Below, piece by piece: positions 1 to 14,112 of a stretch of DNA of 64,000 bases (its first letter is position 1; each line of letters opens with the position of its first letter). The DNA is from Macrostomum lignano. Lineage: Eukaryota. The notes beneath the pieces were generated by a model that had not been told where the DNA came from, ran no database searches, and saw nothing but the letters and a program-made list of their open reading frames with translations. The stretch lies in NCBI GenBank assembly GCA_002269645.1, contig NIVC01000006.1, forward strand, positions 806,001-870,000. Direction: 5' to 3'. A program made the translations under genes and the position numbers.

Positions 1-9
1 AAATTAATT

Positions 10-258
10 GATTACACCTGTCCATGGGCAGATGTGCAGCTGACAGTTCAGCCGCAGCTATTGCGCGGCGCATCTGAAGGCTGAAGGCTGCGTACGGCTG
101 TTCAGTCCAAGGACTGGGGGGTCGCCACACGCACCCTCAATTACCCCAGTTAATGCTGGCACCCTGCATTTTACAGCTGGGACACAAATTTTTCCAGTTG
201 GATCGGGAAATCGAACCCCCACCGACGCTCTAACCACTAGCTAGGCTACAGCCCCCCT
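10..258 (-). mobile_element. tRNA-derived CORE-like SINE (family A), internally deleted
   Basis: Reverse complement matches the copies at 44835 and 49684. Confidence 0.85.
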
Positions 259-685
259 AGAATCTGTAGCCAGCAAATGCTGTTTACAAGTAGCATAAGC
301 AGCTACACACAATCCGAACAGTCGAAGGTCATTTCAAAGCCTCTATTATCATGTGACTTTCATACAAGTAGCTCACTCTAAACGCATAGCGCAATTAGTA
401 ACGGCAGGTTTTGCAGCACCTCGGCCGCTGGTACGTTCATGCGTGCAAAGCTTAAACACACCCCTGTCAGCGATAATGGTTGCCATGGCAACTATACGTG
501 TATACCAAATTTGAAGTCGGGAAAGATAGCGAGGGTCACAGAAACCCTGATTAAGTCGCGATTAATGACACTCGAGTATATCAGCCTTCTGTTTCGCTTC
601 AAGCGGCTGAAACTCGATTTTAAATCTAGAATTTAACTGCAGTCGCAATTAAAAATTTTCGACTGACTGGCCCTAAATACGAGCC

Positions 686-3600
686 ATGAAACCTCGATTG
701 AATGTCGTTTTGGTTGCTTCCGCTGGTCTGCTGCTTGCGGCAGCCAGCATCTGCGTGCAGCGGGCTGGCGCCGTGAAAACGAACTGCTTCCCAGAGCTCA
801 AGCAGAATGAGGATCCTGGAAGAGAGCGCTGCGAACAACGAAAGTAAGACAATGACTGTGCAATCGGATTTTCAACTTTGATCTTTGACCTTGTGATCCC
901 AACTGATTGTGGAGCAGTAAACCCGGGTTCAGTCACATAATTTTGGGATCTGTGGTTGGCGTACATTCTTTACGACGTTTAAGTCGGGGATGCTATACTC
1001 AGTGGCGGATCCAGAGTTTCATTTTGGGGGGGGGTGGTCCAAGTTTGGGGCGCCAACACGAGTGTAAGGGGCGCCAATTTTTAAGCTAGGGGGCGCAAAA
1101 AATGCACGTAGGGGGCGAAAAATTGGGGGGCGCAATATGTTCGGTTAAGCTATTTTGGGGGGGGAGGGCGGCCGCCCCCCCCCCCCCCCCCCCCCAAATC
1201 CGCCCCTGGCTATACTGTACACCCTACATACAGCCTAAGCATTTAGCATTTCTTGAAGAATCCATGAGTATGCCATAGCTGGAGCTGACTCATCTTTTTG
1301 ACGCATTTTGACTCGGCAGATGCGAATACGAAGGTCAACAGAGTGATAACTCACCCTCCTGCCTCTGGACAAGAGGCGGCTACATAGTCTCGAGTGTCAC
1401 TGAGAACACCAACACCCAATATTCGGCAGTTCTTACACGTCAACAAGACTACAATGGACCGTTCCCAGGAAGCCGAGATCTTGACGAGCTGCGATTCTCA
1501 GTCAAGGCAATTTCGGACAACGGCTTGAGAATCACGGTTGAGTGCCTTCAATTGTTTCGTATTTTTCATAAAAATCCTTGTAGAAAGTAGATTTTTGTGT
1601 AACTTACCATGCAAGCCGTAGAAACTAAGTTCTGCGCACATCCTACCGTTATAGATCTAAGAGAATTTAGCCTTTAGCTTTCCTTTACCCTTGGAGTAAA
1701 TTTTCATTTACGATAGCTGGTAGGCTAGACTTAGTATACATTTTACAATAAGTAAGTGGTTTATCGTGCAAGTTCCTATAGATTTTCTCGCTAGAATGAC
1801 TACTCTGAATAATTTAATAAAAGGCATTTTTGGATGAAATGACTCATGAGTTTCAGTTTAAACGTGCGATAGGCCAGGTCTGGTTACTTTGTCAGCTGGT
1901 CTTTACCTCTGAGTCACGCTTTTCTCCTCTTCTATACTCTTCGCTTTAGTAGGCAATCTCTTACAACTCTGTAGAGTTGAACCGAACGATATAAAATTTT
2001 CCAGCCCAGCAGGTATCAGACCTACATCTAGATGCTTTATTAGTCAACTTTGATGCTTAACCGAATGCTGAGAAAGATTCTCCAATGCCTGTCAATACAG
2101 ATATCTGACTTGGGCGGAGTTCGCTACCAAGTGCCAAAGGAAGCGCTCAACATCCCGGAACCGGGACCAACAAACCCTGATGCCACAGTCTACAGGTGGG
2201 AGGCCAACACCTCATCAAGTTTGCTGGACGTTTACCAAAAGACTCACCCAGACCAAGCCATAATGAGCCTTCTCAAAGCTGGTTTTGTCTTCTCCGACCA
2301 GTTCATCCAGCTGTCGCTTGGACTCGACTGTCAAAATATCGTCGGCTTCGGCGAGCACAATCACGAACGTCTGGTTCACGACAGGCGGTACAAACGGTGG
2401 AGCATCTTTACTAGGGACGCGTCACCTACTGTAAGTAACAGTTTCTTCAGGTCGCGATCTTATTCTATTATTCTATTAGCAATCGTTCAAATCTACAGGG
2501 TCCGGGGAATATCTACGGCGCCCATCCTTACTTCGTCTGCACCGATGCTGGAAAGCACATGGGTGTACTTTTGAAGAATAGCAATGCGATAGGTACGGTC
2601 AGATGGTTAAATTATTGAACATGTATCTCTAATAATTATACGCCATCAAGAGCCGAAAGATTACTGAGACACCCGAACATCTCCATCGACACTAACTAAT
2701 TAACATAGCATATGAATATCCTTAATAACACTATTGATTCAAGTGACACAGAAACACCATCGTCTCAAATGACACCATAAGCCACATACTTGTAGTTACA
2801 ACGACATTTGAACACTTTCACCAAAAACTGAATGGTTACCAGGACACCTAAACATGCATCTGCATCAACACAACAACTCAATGGTTACCAAGACACCTGA
2901 ACATTCTATCAACAACTCAATGGTTACCAAGACACCTGAACATCTCTATCAACAACTCAATGGTTACCAAGACACCTAAACATCTCTATCAACAACTCAA
3001 TGGTTACCAAGACACCTAAACATCTCTATCAACAACTCAATGGTTACCAAGACACCTAAACATCTCTATCAACAACTCAATGGTTACCAAGACACCTAAA
3101 CATCTGTATCAACTCAATGGTTACCAAGATACGAGCGTACATGAACACGTACTTTTTGTAAATGAGCCCCATTAGTCCTCCATGACATACGAAAGTCTCC
3201 CTAAATGTTGCGCCACTTTGCTTCATTTTGTCTATCGCAGAGGTCGAACTTACACCTGATGGCATTGTGTATCGCGTTCTGGGCGGTATTCTCGACTTCT
3301 ATGTATTTATGGCCAGCTCTCCAGAGTCCCTGGCTCAGACTTACTCAGCCGCCATCGGTCACCCCCTCATGCCGCCGTACTGGAGTCTGGGTTTCCAGCT
3401 ATGTCGCTGGGGTTACAGAAACATCACGGAGGTACAAAATGTCATCGCTAGGAATCGAGCAATCGGACTGCCATATGTGAGCTCATTCTGCAAGTGTCCT
3501 TGCTCACTTTACTATTTAATACCTCAAGTTGCATGTAAAGCCAATATGGTTTTGGTTTTCAATTTCAGGATGTCCAATACGGCGACATTGACTACATGCA

Positions 3601-6600
3601 GAACACCATGGACTTTACAATCGACGCTACCAATTATCCTGGACTAAGTAGCATGGTTGACGACTTGCACTCTCATGGACAAAAGTACTTTGTGATCTTG
3701 GTAAGATTTACGCCACATCGACGAAGTGTGATATCTTGAATGGAAATATTCTTATAAATTATGAGGTCCTTTAAAAATTAATATTGACACTAGATATTAA
3801 ATGGTATGTTAGCTCGATCGTACATTGGTAGTGAGGCTGGCTGGACATCTGTACATTGTAGAGATCTGTACATTGGTAGTGAGGCTGGCTGGACATCTGT
3901 ACATTGTAGAGATCTGTACATTGGTAGTGAGGCTGGCTGGACATCTGTACATTGTAGAGATCTGTACATTGGTAGTGAGGCTGGCTGGACATCTGTACAT
4001 TGTAGAGATCTGTACATTGGTAGTGAGGCTGGCTGGACATCTGTAAATTCTCCTTAAGCTCGTGCATGGAACTGGAAAATATCGTTTATTGTACTCGTAC
4101 CTTAGAAAAGAGGCTATATAGTGACATTCGATTGATGAAAGGTCTGCGTGAGTTACATTTGTTATGCATTTGCTGACGTATTTTAATACAAATTTAAACT
4201 ATTTGAGGACCCGGCCATCAGCAGTGACGTAGAGATGCACAAGCAAGTGTTACCCAGCCAGCGCTACGAACCCTATCACGACGGACTCACACGTGGCGTT
4301 TACGTGAAGAATTTAGACGACACTGTTCACGAGGGCGAGGTGTGGCCCGGCAGGACGGTGTTCCCGGACTACACGCTGAGCGCCACACAGGCCTGGTGGG
4401 AGCGGTGGGTGTCGGACTTCTATTATAACCAGAGCATTCGCGTTGATGGACTGTGGATTGTGAGAGTTCATTGCGTTTTTGTTTTACTGAGCAAATGCAT
4501 GGTGGCCTTTATGATCAGATTTACCGGTGCATTGGTGCTACCTTTTCATACCTACCGCCTTGCTATGCCCCAAAAACACTTTTCTAGTACACAAAATACA
4601 AATTCCCTTTCTTGTCTCGGAAAAAATTTATGTAATTTGTCAAATCCATCTTTGATCTACACGGCAGTATCTCGGTAAATTCCATATCGACTGAAATTCA
4701 GACTATTTTTCTTGCACACCTATACCCTTCCTGACACCTCTCATGTAGCTGTACTAGTATAATCCATCTCTCAGCTGACGAATATAAAAATTTGCCTAAA
4801 AGTAACTATACAGCTTTCAATCTTAGTACTTATCTATGTGTATAATTAGGTGATACGATCTACGAGCTAGTAGAGCTTATACCCTAGTGGTTAGAGCGTC
4901 GGACTTACGACTGAAAAGTCGGGGGTTCGATTCTTGACCCACTCGGCACTTTAAGCGACATAGGCACACAACCGGCGAGAGGCATTACTGACCATTCCGC
5001 CGACTCCCCTGAGCAGGCATACAAGCGCGCGGATACGTACGCAGGCACACACTCACACAGAAGTGTACAGCGGCCCTAACTTTATTTTATCGTTAGGCAT
5101 GTACACTTCACTGCGCCTTGGGGGGGTTGGCTCTCAAGGCCGTTAATTGCACGAGCAGAGCCAAGCCGAGATTCTAATTCAGCCCCAAATTAATGTGACT
5201 GCACTTGGAATCGAGCCTGGGTCGCTGGCACACCAGAGCAGCTGCGCTACCGCTGGGCTACGGCCCCCTGACCAGGAGATGATAGTTAGTAGTTGAATTT
5301 TCGTCTAATTCTTCTTAAGCTGTCCTTGTTCACCTGCAGGACATGAACGAGCCGGCCAGCTTCACGTACGAGCCGCACAAACCGCAGAATGTTTGCCCGA
5401 ACAACACGTGGAATTATCCGCCGTACATTCCTACCAGTACGAACTGCGCGTGGTGGATTGAGCATTTTATTTTCTAGCAAACAATTTTACTTTTTGTCCT
5501 TATATTGACAATAATTTTTTCAGGCTTCATTGGCGATCGATTCTACGAGAAGACAATCTGCATGGAGACTAAGCACAATTGGGGCAGGCACTATGATGTG
5601 CACAGCTTATATGGCCACTCCATGGGGATGCAGAGCTATCAGTGAGTTCATTAATTATGCCAGCTTGGTCAGAATTGTAGTTTGCAAAGGAAATTGTTAG
5701 TTGAGTCTCAAAAAGAAAAGTGTCACTTGCGTCACCGATAGGAAAGTGACGTCCACAGCTTGGGTACCCAGCACCGAAGTGTCAGTTGGGTCCTCAGTAG
5801 GATAGTGTCAGTTGGGTCCTCAGTAGGAAAGTGTCAGTTGGGTCCTCAGTAGGATAGTGTCAGTTGGGTCCTCAGTAGGATAGTGTCAGTTGGGTCCTCA
5901 GTAGGATAGTGTCAGTTGGGTCCTCAGTAGGAAATTTTCAGTTGGTCCTCAGTAGGAAAGTGTCAGTTGGGTCCTCAGTATAGGATAGTGTCAGTTGGGT
6001 CCTCAGTATAGGATAGTGTCAGTTGGGTCCTCAATAGGATAGTGTCAGTTGGGCCCTCAATAGGAAAGTGTCAGTTGGGTCCTCAGTATAGGATAGTGTC
6101 AGTTGGGTCCTCAGTAGGATAGTGTCAGTTGGGTCCTCAGTAGGAAAGTGTCAGTTGGGTCCTCAGTATAGGAAAGTGTCATGCAGTTGGGTCCTCAGTA
6201 TAGGAAAGTGTCAGTTGGGTCCTCAGTATAGGATAGTGTCAGTTGGGTCCTCAGTAGGAAAGTGTCAGTTGGGTCCTCGTGAGTTTGGAACGCTACAAAT
6301 CTCAACTCCTACAGGACACTGCGCAACCTTTTCCCCGAGAAGCGACCCATTGTGTTCAGCCGATCCACCTTCGTTGGCTCGGGCCGCTACGCTCAGCACT
6401 GGCTGGGGGACAACCACAGCAGGTGGCCCGATCTGCACTGGTCCATCATCACCATGCTAGAGTTCAACCTGTTCGGATTTCCCTACAACGGCGCCGATAT
6501 TTGCGGCTTCGTGTACGACGCCACGAGAGAGATGTGCATCAGGTGGACTCAGCTCGGAGCCTTCTATCCGTTTAGCCGGAATCATAACATCAAGGAGGCG

Positions 6601-9600
6601 GATGGAGTCAGGACTAGGGTGCGTGCTGGCACTGCTGCTTCGTCCACTATTTTATAATATGTCCAAATATCGATTCCCCGACTCTTAACTAACTAACAAT
6701 AGGATCAAGATCCAGCCTCTTGGGACGCAGAAGCCCAGAAGATAATGAAGGACGCGCTGTTTTTCCGCTACAAATACCTGCCCTACTTGTACACGCTGTT
6801 TCACTACGCTCATACCAATGGTGCCACGGTTGTACGAAGTCTGGCACACGAGTGAGATCTTTTTTAGCGGCTTACGTTTATTATTTTATTGATTGCAGTC
6901 AATAAAAGAGTATGGGCAGTCTGGGTCATAGGCCTATTCAATTCAAAGATAAGTTTGGCCATAGATGATTTACAAGTCAAACTGGGCCTTTTAAAATCTT
7001 GACCATGGAGAACTGTTTCTTGGAAAATCCTGACCATAGACAATCTGGATATAGTAAAATCCTGACCATAGACAGTCTGGATCTAGTAAAATCCTTACCA
7101 TAGACAATCTGGATCTAGTAAAATCCTTACCATAGACAATCTAGATCTAGTAAAATCTTTACCATAGACAATGGATCTAGTAAAATCCTTACCATAGACA
7201 ATGGATCTAGTAAAATCCTTACCATAGACAATCTGGATCTAGTAAAATCCTTACCATAGACAATGGATCTAGTAAAATCCTTACCATAGACAATGGATCT
7301 AGTAAAATCCTTACCATAGACAATGGATCTAGTAAAATCCTTACCATAGACAATGGATCTAGTAAAATCCTTACCATAGACAATGGATCTAGTAAAATCC
7401 TTACCATAGACAATCTGGATCTAGTAAAATCCTTACCATAGACAATCTGGATCTAGTAAAATCCTTACCATAGACAATGAATCTAGTAAAATCCTTACCA
7501 TAGACAATGGATCTAGTAAAATCCTTACCATAGACAATCTGGATCTAGTAAAATCCTTACCATAGACAATCTGGATCTAGTAAAATCCTTACCATAGACA
7601 ATCTGGATCTAGTAAAATCCTTACCATAGACAATGGATCTAGTAAAATCCTTACCATAGACAATGGATCTAGTAAAATCCTTACCATAGACAATCTGGAT
7701 CTAGTAAAATCCTTACCATAGACAATCTGGATCTAGTAAAATCCTTACCATAGACAATCTGGATCTAGTAAAATCCTTACCATAGACAATCTGGATCTAG
7801 TAAAATCCTTACCATAGATAATTTGAATCTAGTAAAATCCTTACCATAGATAATTTGAATCTAGTAAAATCCTTACCATAGACAATCTGGATCTAGTAAA
7901 ATCCTTACCATAGATAATTTGAATCTAGTAAAATCCTTACCATAGACAATCTGGATCTAGTAAAATCCTTACCATAGACAATCTGGATCTAGTAAAATCC
8001 TTACCATAGACAATCTGGATCTAGTAAAATCCTTACCATAGACAATCTGGATCTAGTAAAATCCTTACCATAGACAATCTGTGTCTAGTAAAATCCTTAC
8101 CATAGACAATCTGGATCTAGTATAATCGTGTTCACATCGTGATCATATATTATTATCTGAAATTAGTAAAAATTTAGCTGTAGACAATCGGGGTCAAAGC
8201 TATATAGTATTATAGAGGTACAGTAACTCTAGAGTGGGTCGTACACTGGACACTAGACAGTACATTGAATTATGGTAAAAAAATCACTAAAGAACCATTC
8301 GAACTTTTCAGATTTCCTAACGACACCGCAGCTGTACGCATTGATGAGCAATTTTTATGGGGCAGCGCTATGCTCATCTCACCCGTACTGTCGCCCGCAA
8401 AACTCAGTATCCGAGCCTATCTGCCTCCCGAAGACGGTTGGTACGACGCTTACACTGTGAGTATTGAATTTTTGTGGCTTGTTACGACTTTTTCAGTAGA
8501 GAACCTACTATAAGTAGAGTAACGTAACATATTGTAAAAAATTATTATGCAAGCAAATATTCATTTTAAAATATTTAAAGGGGGTTAATGTAGCCTAGTG
8601 GTCAGAGCATCTGACTCACGACTTGAAGGTCGAGGGTTCAACTCCCTAATCCCACTTGAACAATTTGCATCCTTGAGTGATTATTAACTCCTCTGCATCA
8701 ATTTGCTTAAGTTCATCCAGCTGTAAAAAATGGGTGCCAGCATTAGCTGGGGTATAATTAAGGGTGTGTAGGGCGACCCTCCAGTCCATGGACTAGGGAT
8801 GTTCGGGTTTCCATTTTTTTCCACTGACCCCGAACCCGAAACCCTACCCGGACCGAAACCCGACCCAACCCGACCCCGAACTTTCCCTGAAAGGAAAACG
8901 CTTCGATCATTTCAGGCTTTCCGTGATGATTTTTTTTCAAGAGTAACGACTGAAGGGAGTTACTCGTCCTGAGGTACTTCTAGTGGTAGTAGTCTACTTC
9001 TCGTTCATTTGCAGTCCTGGCTCCTTAACTCCTATTTCTAGTCATCAGCTAGCAATCTCAAGTCTTCACTCCTCTCGTCCCTATAATTTGACTCCTCATT
9101 CTTAAGATCTTAGCATGGACTTTAACATCCATTTATCCAATTTTTACCAACTTGGGTTTAAGTTGTCGTTGTTAGCGCAACATTCGAGTGTAGCTTAATG
9201 AAGAATTGGAAAATAAAGGTTGAACACACTTAAATCTTAATTTATGTGTTTAATAAAAATTTATGCAATTATAAATAAAGGGATTTTTTAATCCACAAGC
9301 ATAGTCCTTCGGCCAGACAGAATCCATAGATTCATAGATTTCATCCGTAGAACCCTACATTGAAAACTTAAATTCAAGCATTATTTTCAGATTTTCGAAT
9401 TTCGAAGTTTAAATATTCGCCTTTTTATGCTTGAAAGCGTTACATAACGACATATTTTTAAAAAGTTTATTTTTCCTTTGAACCCGAAAACCCCGAAAAC
9501 CCGACCCTAAACCCGACCCGATAACCGGACCCGAACCCCGAACACCCCTACCATGGACTGAACAGCCGTAGGCAGCCTTCAGATGCGCCGCACAATAGCT

Positions 9601-11836
9601 GAGGCTGAGCTGTCGGTTGCACATCTGGCCCAATTGGTACAGGTGTAATTAATGACTATTATTATTTATAAACAATCGAGGCTTTAGATTTTCCAAAGTT
9701 CTACTATAAGTAAAGTACAAAACCTTTGTTTGCATTAAAAAAACCTGAATATATTTTGACTCAAATTTTGCAAAAAAACATATTCATGCAGGGCGAAGAA
9801 GTTCAAGAAACCGGCCTTGTGATGTTGGACGCCCCGCTGGAGCATATCAACGTTCACATTAGGAAGGGTTTTATTTTGCCTTGGCAGACTCCTAGCACCA
9901 CGACTGTTAGCAGGTTAGAAATTGGCCCAAATTATTTGATCTGAACTGCTCTTAACTGTGCTGAATGCCATGTAGATTATCGCTATATTACAGTCTGCGT
10001 CATTCACTCTAGATCATAGCTGAAGGCTTTGGTAGTACACAGTATAGGTACAATATGATAATGCAACAATGATAAACATATAGTTATAAACAGCTTCTAG
10101 GCCTATAAAAACAGCTTTGGTCATCGGCAAGACTATATAGTTCTAGCTGGAGATCATAGATCACAGACGAGGTCATACATGATAGCTGGTCATAAAAGAA
10201 GCTTTGGTCATAGATGGTATAGGTAATAAAAAGAGCTTTGATCACAGACAGCGTAAGTCATAGAAAGAGATTTGGTCATTAGATACATGTTGTCACAACA
10301 GCCTTGTTCATTATAATAATCTGTCGCTGGCAGTCTGTAGGCATAGTCAAAAAGCCCATTTACATTTCAGCCGCAACAATGGCCTGGGTCTCCTAGTTGC
10401 TGCCAAGCAATTGCCCAACTCAAACCTAAAAGCTACCGGCAGCCTCTTCTGGGACGATGGAGAGAGCTTTGGTGAGTGGCCGTGAATGTCCCTATAATTC
10501 TGTCAAGTGTTCTATCGACAAAAAGTACTATTTACACTATTTTCATTACAGAAACCTACACTGCTAAGAAATTTATTTTGCACGAATTTGAGCTGAGCAC
10601 CGATGAGGTATGTTTGATTCAATAATCTACATGTACACTTGAAATTATTATCAGAACGCTTTCGTTAGAAGGAATTAAAAAGGTTAAGTCGTGCGAGATA
10701 GGAATCAGGATTTTCTCCGATGCAAATCGAATGATTTCGAACGGTTCATCCGGTCTGGATCAGGATTTTTCTCTGAACAGGATCGCGGAGCCTTTGAATT
10801 TTGAGCGCAGCAGGCTTTGAGCAGAGCAGATGTCCATGACGTCCTGCGGGCGGCGGACACTAAAATGAACTAGAGTTCGTAGAGTACAATCTAAACCACA
10901 TACATGTAGCTGCTGGCCTCAGCCAAGAATTCTAAATATCTGAGATACATATCGAGATACATAAATTATTTCGTGCAGGTCACGTGATTGAAAGGGCCAG
11001 CAGCTAACTTTTACTAAGCAGCTTACCAGCAGCTTACTTTAACTTTTACTTTTAAGTAAACTTTTACTAAGTGTGTTCACTAACTGTGTGCTATTGTGCT
11101 TCACTTTGAGTTTATCAACTCTTATCGTAATGTACATGTGAATGTGCATCGTATATACAGGCTATACTGCATTGATTTGTTCGTCTGTTTTCAGACTAGC
11201 GGTAACCACGTGCTGGTCATTCGGACACCTTTCAATGGCTACAAAGATCCGAACTCTTTGAAGTTTGAAAATATCACAATACTTGGCTTTGACACGTCGA
11301 AGGACTGGTCGGTCAGCGTCAACTCTGAGCAGCATAGCGAGGTAATAAAAATCTATTCCTTTCTATGTTGCCTCCCCGGCAGGGGCGCAAATTGCTAGTC
11401 CTATATACTAAAAAGGAACTACAGCTTTGTTCTAATTGTGTGATTCACACGATTTTTTCTCGTACATGTACTTTAAACCAATACATGTGCAAATGTATGT
11501 AATACCAGCGTCACACCGTTATCAAACTTTTTCTGTGCGATCGCTTCTGTGGGCCAAAAAAGGTTCAAAATTGAACTTCAAGTATAGTATAACTGATGAT
11601 TTGAATATAACAAATCAATTCAAGAATTTTATGAATTTGCCTTGCAGATTCGAGTTAATCCCAATCGGAAGACGTTGATCCTTGATTCTCTGTCGCTGCC
11701 GCTCGGCCAGAGTCACAGCATCACTTTTGCCGTCCGCTCCGCCGGCACCGCCCTTGCCTCGGCCGTTGCGGTGGCTATTTGTGCTCTTCTGAGCACCGCC
11801 GTCACTGGAAACAATCGCTGGTCTTTAGCTATTTAA
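686..11836 (+). CDS. GH31 alpha-glucosidase (lysosomal alpha-glucosidase / maltase-glucoamylase-like), 17 exons, ~948 aa
   Basis: Exons with compatible phases: 686-843, 1320-1536, 2101-2430, 2499-2592, 3241-3476, 3569-3700, 4208-4459, 5340-5436, 5524-5641, 6315-6618 (donor least certain), 6703-6851, 8312-8456, 9792-9913, 10371-10471, 10552-10607, 11195-11341, 11648-11836 (sum 2847 nt). Signal peptide [24 protein letters not shown]; trefoil-like NCFPE..RCEQRKCEY..PSC; motifs [33 protein letters not shown], catalytic GLWI|[49 protein letters not shown] near 12050-12066. Confidence 0.95.
1000..1208. mobile_element. hAT-type MITE in GH31 intron 1
   Basis: TIR CAGTGGCGGAT / ATCCGCCCCTG; perfect 8-bp TSD GCTATACT (992-999, 1209-1216). 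Confidence 0.9.
2872..3128. repeat. ~39-bp minisatellite (intronic)
   Basis: CAACTCAATGGTTACCAAGACACCTAAACATCTCTATCAA units. Confidence 0.95.
3821..4045. repeat. 48-bp minisatellite (intronic)
   Basis: TACATTGGTAGTGAGGCTGGCTGGACATCTGTACATTGTAGAGATCTG x~4.5. Confidence 0.95.
4880..4944 (+). mobile_element. Isolated SINE family A tRNA head
   Basis: CCTAGTGGTTAGAGCGTCGGACT..GGGGTTCGATTC, abutting the 3' end of a family B SINE. Confidence 0.7.
4945..5268 (-). mobile_element. tRNA-derived SINE family B
   Basis: Reverse complement matches 42648-42945; A box TAGCCCAGCGG, B box GGCTCGATTCC. Confidence 0.85.
5780..6278. repeat. 26-28-bp minisatellite (intronic)
   Basis: GTGTCAGTTGGGTCCTCAGTAGGATA units. 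Confidence 0.95.
7030..8120. repeat. 30/32-bp minisatellite (intronic)
   Basis: ATCTAGTAAAATCCTTACCATAGACAAT(CT)GG units. Confidence 0.95.
8581..9655 (+). mobile_element. SINE family A copy split by the hAT insertion (8581-8793 + 9551-9655)
   Basis: A box TAGCCTAGTGG, B box GGTTCAACTCC, CORE-like body; the tail resumes after the TSD. Confidence 0.88.
8794..9550. mobile_element. Non-autonomous hAT (Ac-like termini) inserted inside a SINE
   Basis: TIR TAGGGATGTTCGGG / CCCGAACACCCCTA; 8-bp TSD CCATGGAC (8786-8793, 9551-9558); subterminal ACCCGA repeats at both ends. Confidence 0.92.
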
Positions 11837-12758
11837 AATTAAATCGACTGCTGCTGACAGAATTGACTCGCGATTCCGTGTCATAATTGAATGAAAGCAC
11901 CAACGAATCATATATGTATTCTCTTAGTTCATAGAATACTGACAAGGTATAGTGATCAATGGTAACGATGGCTGTACGATGATTCTAAATCAATTTTTAC
12001 TATTTAAAATTTCGAATGCATCATAAAGAAATAGATTGATTTCAAACTTGAATAAACATTAATAAAGACGAAGCCTAGCGTTGTTTTCGTTTATTAATTG
12101 ATTTGCCATCTCAAAAAACTTAATAAAAAAACTTTTTTATGATAGTGGTGCAAATGCCATGCAGGCTAGTGGCGTAAATGTTGTTTAGACAAAATTTTAT
12201 TTGATACTTACTCAGCTTACTTTAGGTTCAGTGTGATGGGTTTCGACCTTTCGGCCCCCTTGTGGGGAAGCCTTCGGGTCTCAGGTCTCAGAAATAAATC
12301 AATTAGAGTCCTGGCCCCCCACTCCTGTCAGATGGTCAGCCCCATGGTAGCTTGATCGTGTGGCGAGCAGTCTAGGTCCTATAGCTAAGAGAGGGACAGC
12401 GAGAGACAAGCAGGGAGAATTTTGAAGGTAGAAATTAGTTAATCCGCAGATTAGCTAACTCGCTGCCACCAGCCCGTACGTCCTGGCTCACCACACCGGG
12501 ACTCTCGAGATCGGGCTTCCGACTAGAAGGGGCTTTGCACTTACCTGCCAATCAGTGTCTTTATTGCTGTCTATCTCGAAGTCATAGCCGATGATAAGGG
12601 ACACCGCTGGGACTCGATCGCATTGGCCATGCAGGTACAGAGGGGACTTGTGCAGGGGATTCTTGCAGTGGCGAGACTATGGGGTAGCCACATGTACTAT
12701 TACATTGCTAAATACGAAGAATTGTACTTTTTGCCTTCAACGCGCCAACTAGCCTCTC

Positions 12759-14112
12759 ATAGCGCTGATGATAGACTAACTCGAACTTCAGAGACCGCAT
12801 GATTCATCACCCGAGCCGCTTGGCGAACCTAGAGTGCACAAAGTACATCTCTGGCGCCGATTCTGCACTATTGGCAATTTCGCTAACTGATTTGATAGAT
12901 TGATCAACTGAGAACTGCCTTGCCACTGGTCCACTGTGACCGGCGCCTACTAGCTTAGCTACTCATCTGAGCCATCGGCGAACAAAGAAATAAAACCGAT
13001 AAAAATAACTGTCAGATTTAACCTTCTCCTTAAATCACTTCACACTTCAGATTGAATTGGAGCTTCAGACTACTAGCAGTATTATTGGATGATTTCTGCC
13101 TCAATAACAGCACTACTGAACAAAATGAGCAAAAGTGTGCGCCTAATCCAGCAACTGAAATAGGGGACAGATAGGGAATCACCCAATCAAGCAAGTCTAG
13201 GTAGCCTCTCACCCAACCAATCAGAAACTCAACAGCCGGAGACCAGGTAATCCACAGCGACCGAATCGGCTTAGTGCTTCGCAGCTGTAGACCCGGGATG
13301 ATGCTGATGTCACAATCTTCGCAGTTACATGTAGCTAGCAGGTGATGCTCTCAACTTTGATGATCACTGCTGATGACCGGGGGAATTCGTCCTTGATGAT
13401 GGTGGGGGGAGTTGCAATCCGGGGATCAAGAAACGACGGTCAGAGAGAGAGCAAGTTCCTGGCCGGTCTCCAGAAAGGGTTTGCAGGGGTAGAACCGGTC
13501 AAAGTCCGAGCGGGCAAAAAACACCGGTTTAAATAGCCGCCAACTGGACCGCAGTTTGTTATATAATGGAACACGTCGATTCTGATTGGCTGAGCCAATT
13601 TGTTAAAATGAGCGTCGAATTTTCTGATTGGCTGAGCTTGTTGGCACTCAGAATCACGTGACCGGGAGATCCTATCAGTTCCCTCGGGGTCGTAAAAACA
13701 TGACAGGTGCGGCCATAAATCAATCAAAAATGCAACAAAATGATTTTTGACTTTTCGCGTAGAATTGACGAAAAGTAATGAAAAAATATACATTAGAAAG
13801 CTCTTATTAAATAGAAAGTGAAGATAATGAAGAGAAATCGCTAATCGCTAATCCCAAAGTACTTTTAGGGGTAAAACGCATAGCTGTCAAAACTGTCACA
13901 CGCTTGAGTGAACCCGAACAATAGGCTCTGACCTCATAAATCTGATGGCTTGTCAAAATAATGAGAAAAAAGCTATCATTCGCATCCTCTCAGACCATCT
14001 GGCGCCCGCCTCAACACTGAGTGAGGCGCAGGTGGCTGTCAGACCAGCTTCGAAAGCGATTATTTATGACCCAAAAAGCTGCGCCCAAGTTATTATGACT
14101 ACTAGTATGACC
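12759..14112 (-). repeat. Unclassified interspersed repeat, inverted copy of 62706-64000 (probably extends left toward ~12230)
   Basis: Continuous reverse-complement similarity; near-identical junk ORFs 13030-13212(-) and 63545-63727(+). Confidence 0.9.

Noticed and set aside
7030-8120. Regular ~30-bp repeats as a possible CRISPR array
   Set aside because: Units are contiguous without unique spacers, lie inside a eukaryotic intron, and no cas genes are present.
12760-13400. CTGATGA motifs suggesting hammerhead ribozymes in the long repeat
   Set aside because: No stem II followed by GAAA in the required spacing.
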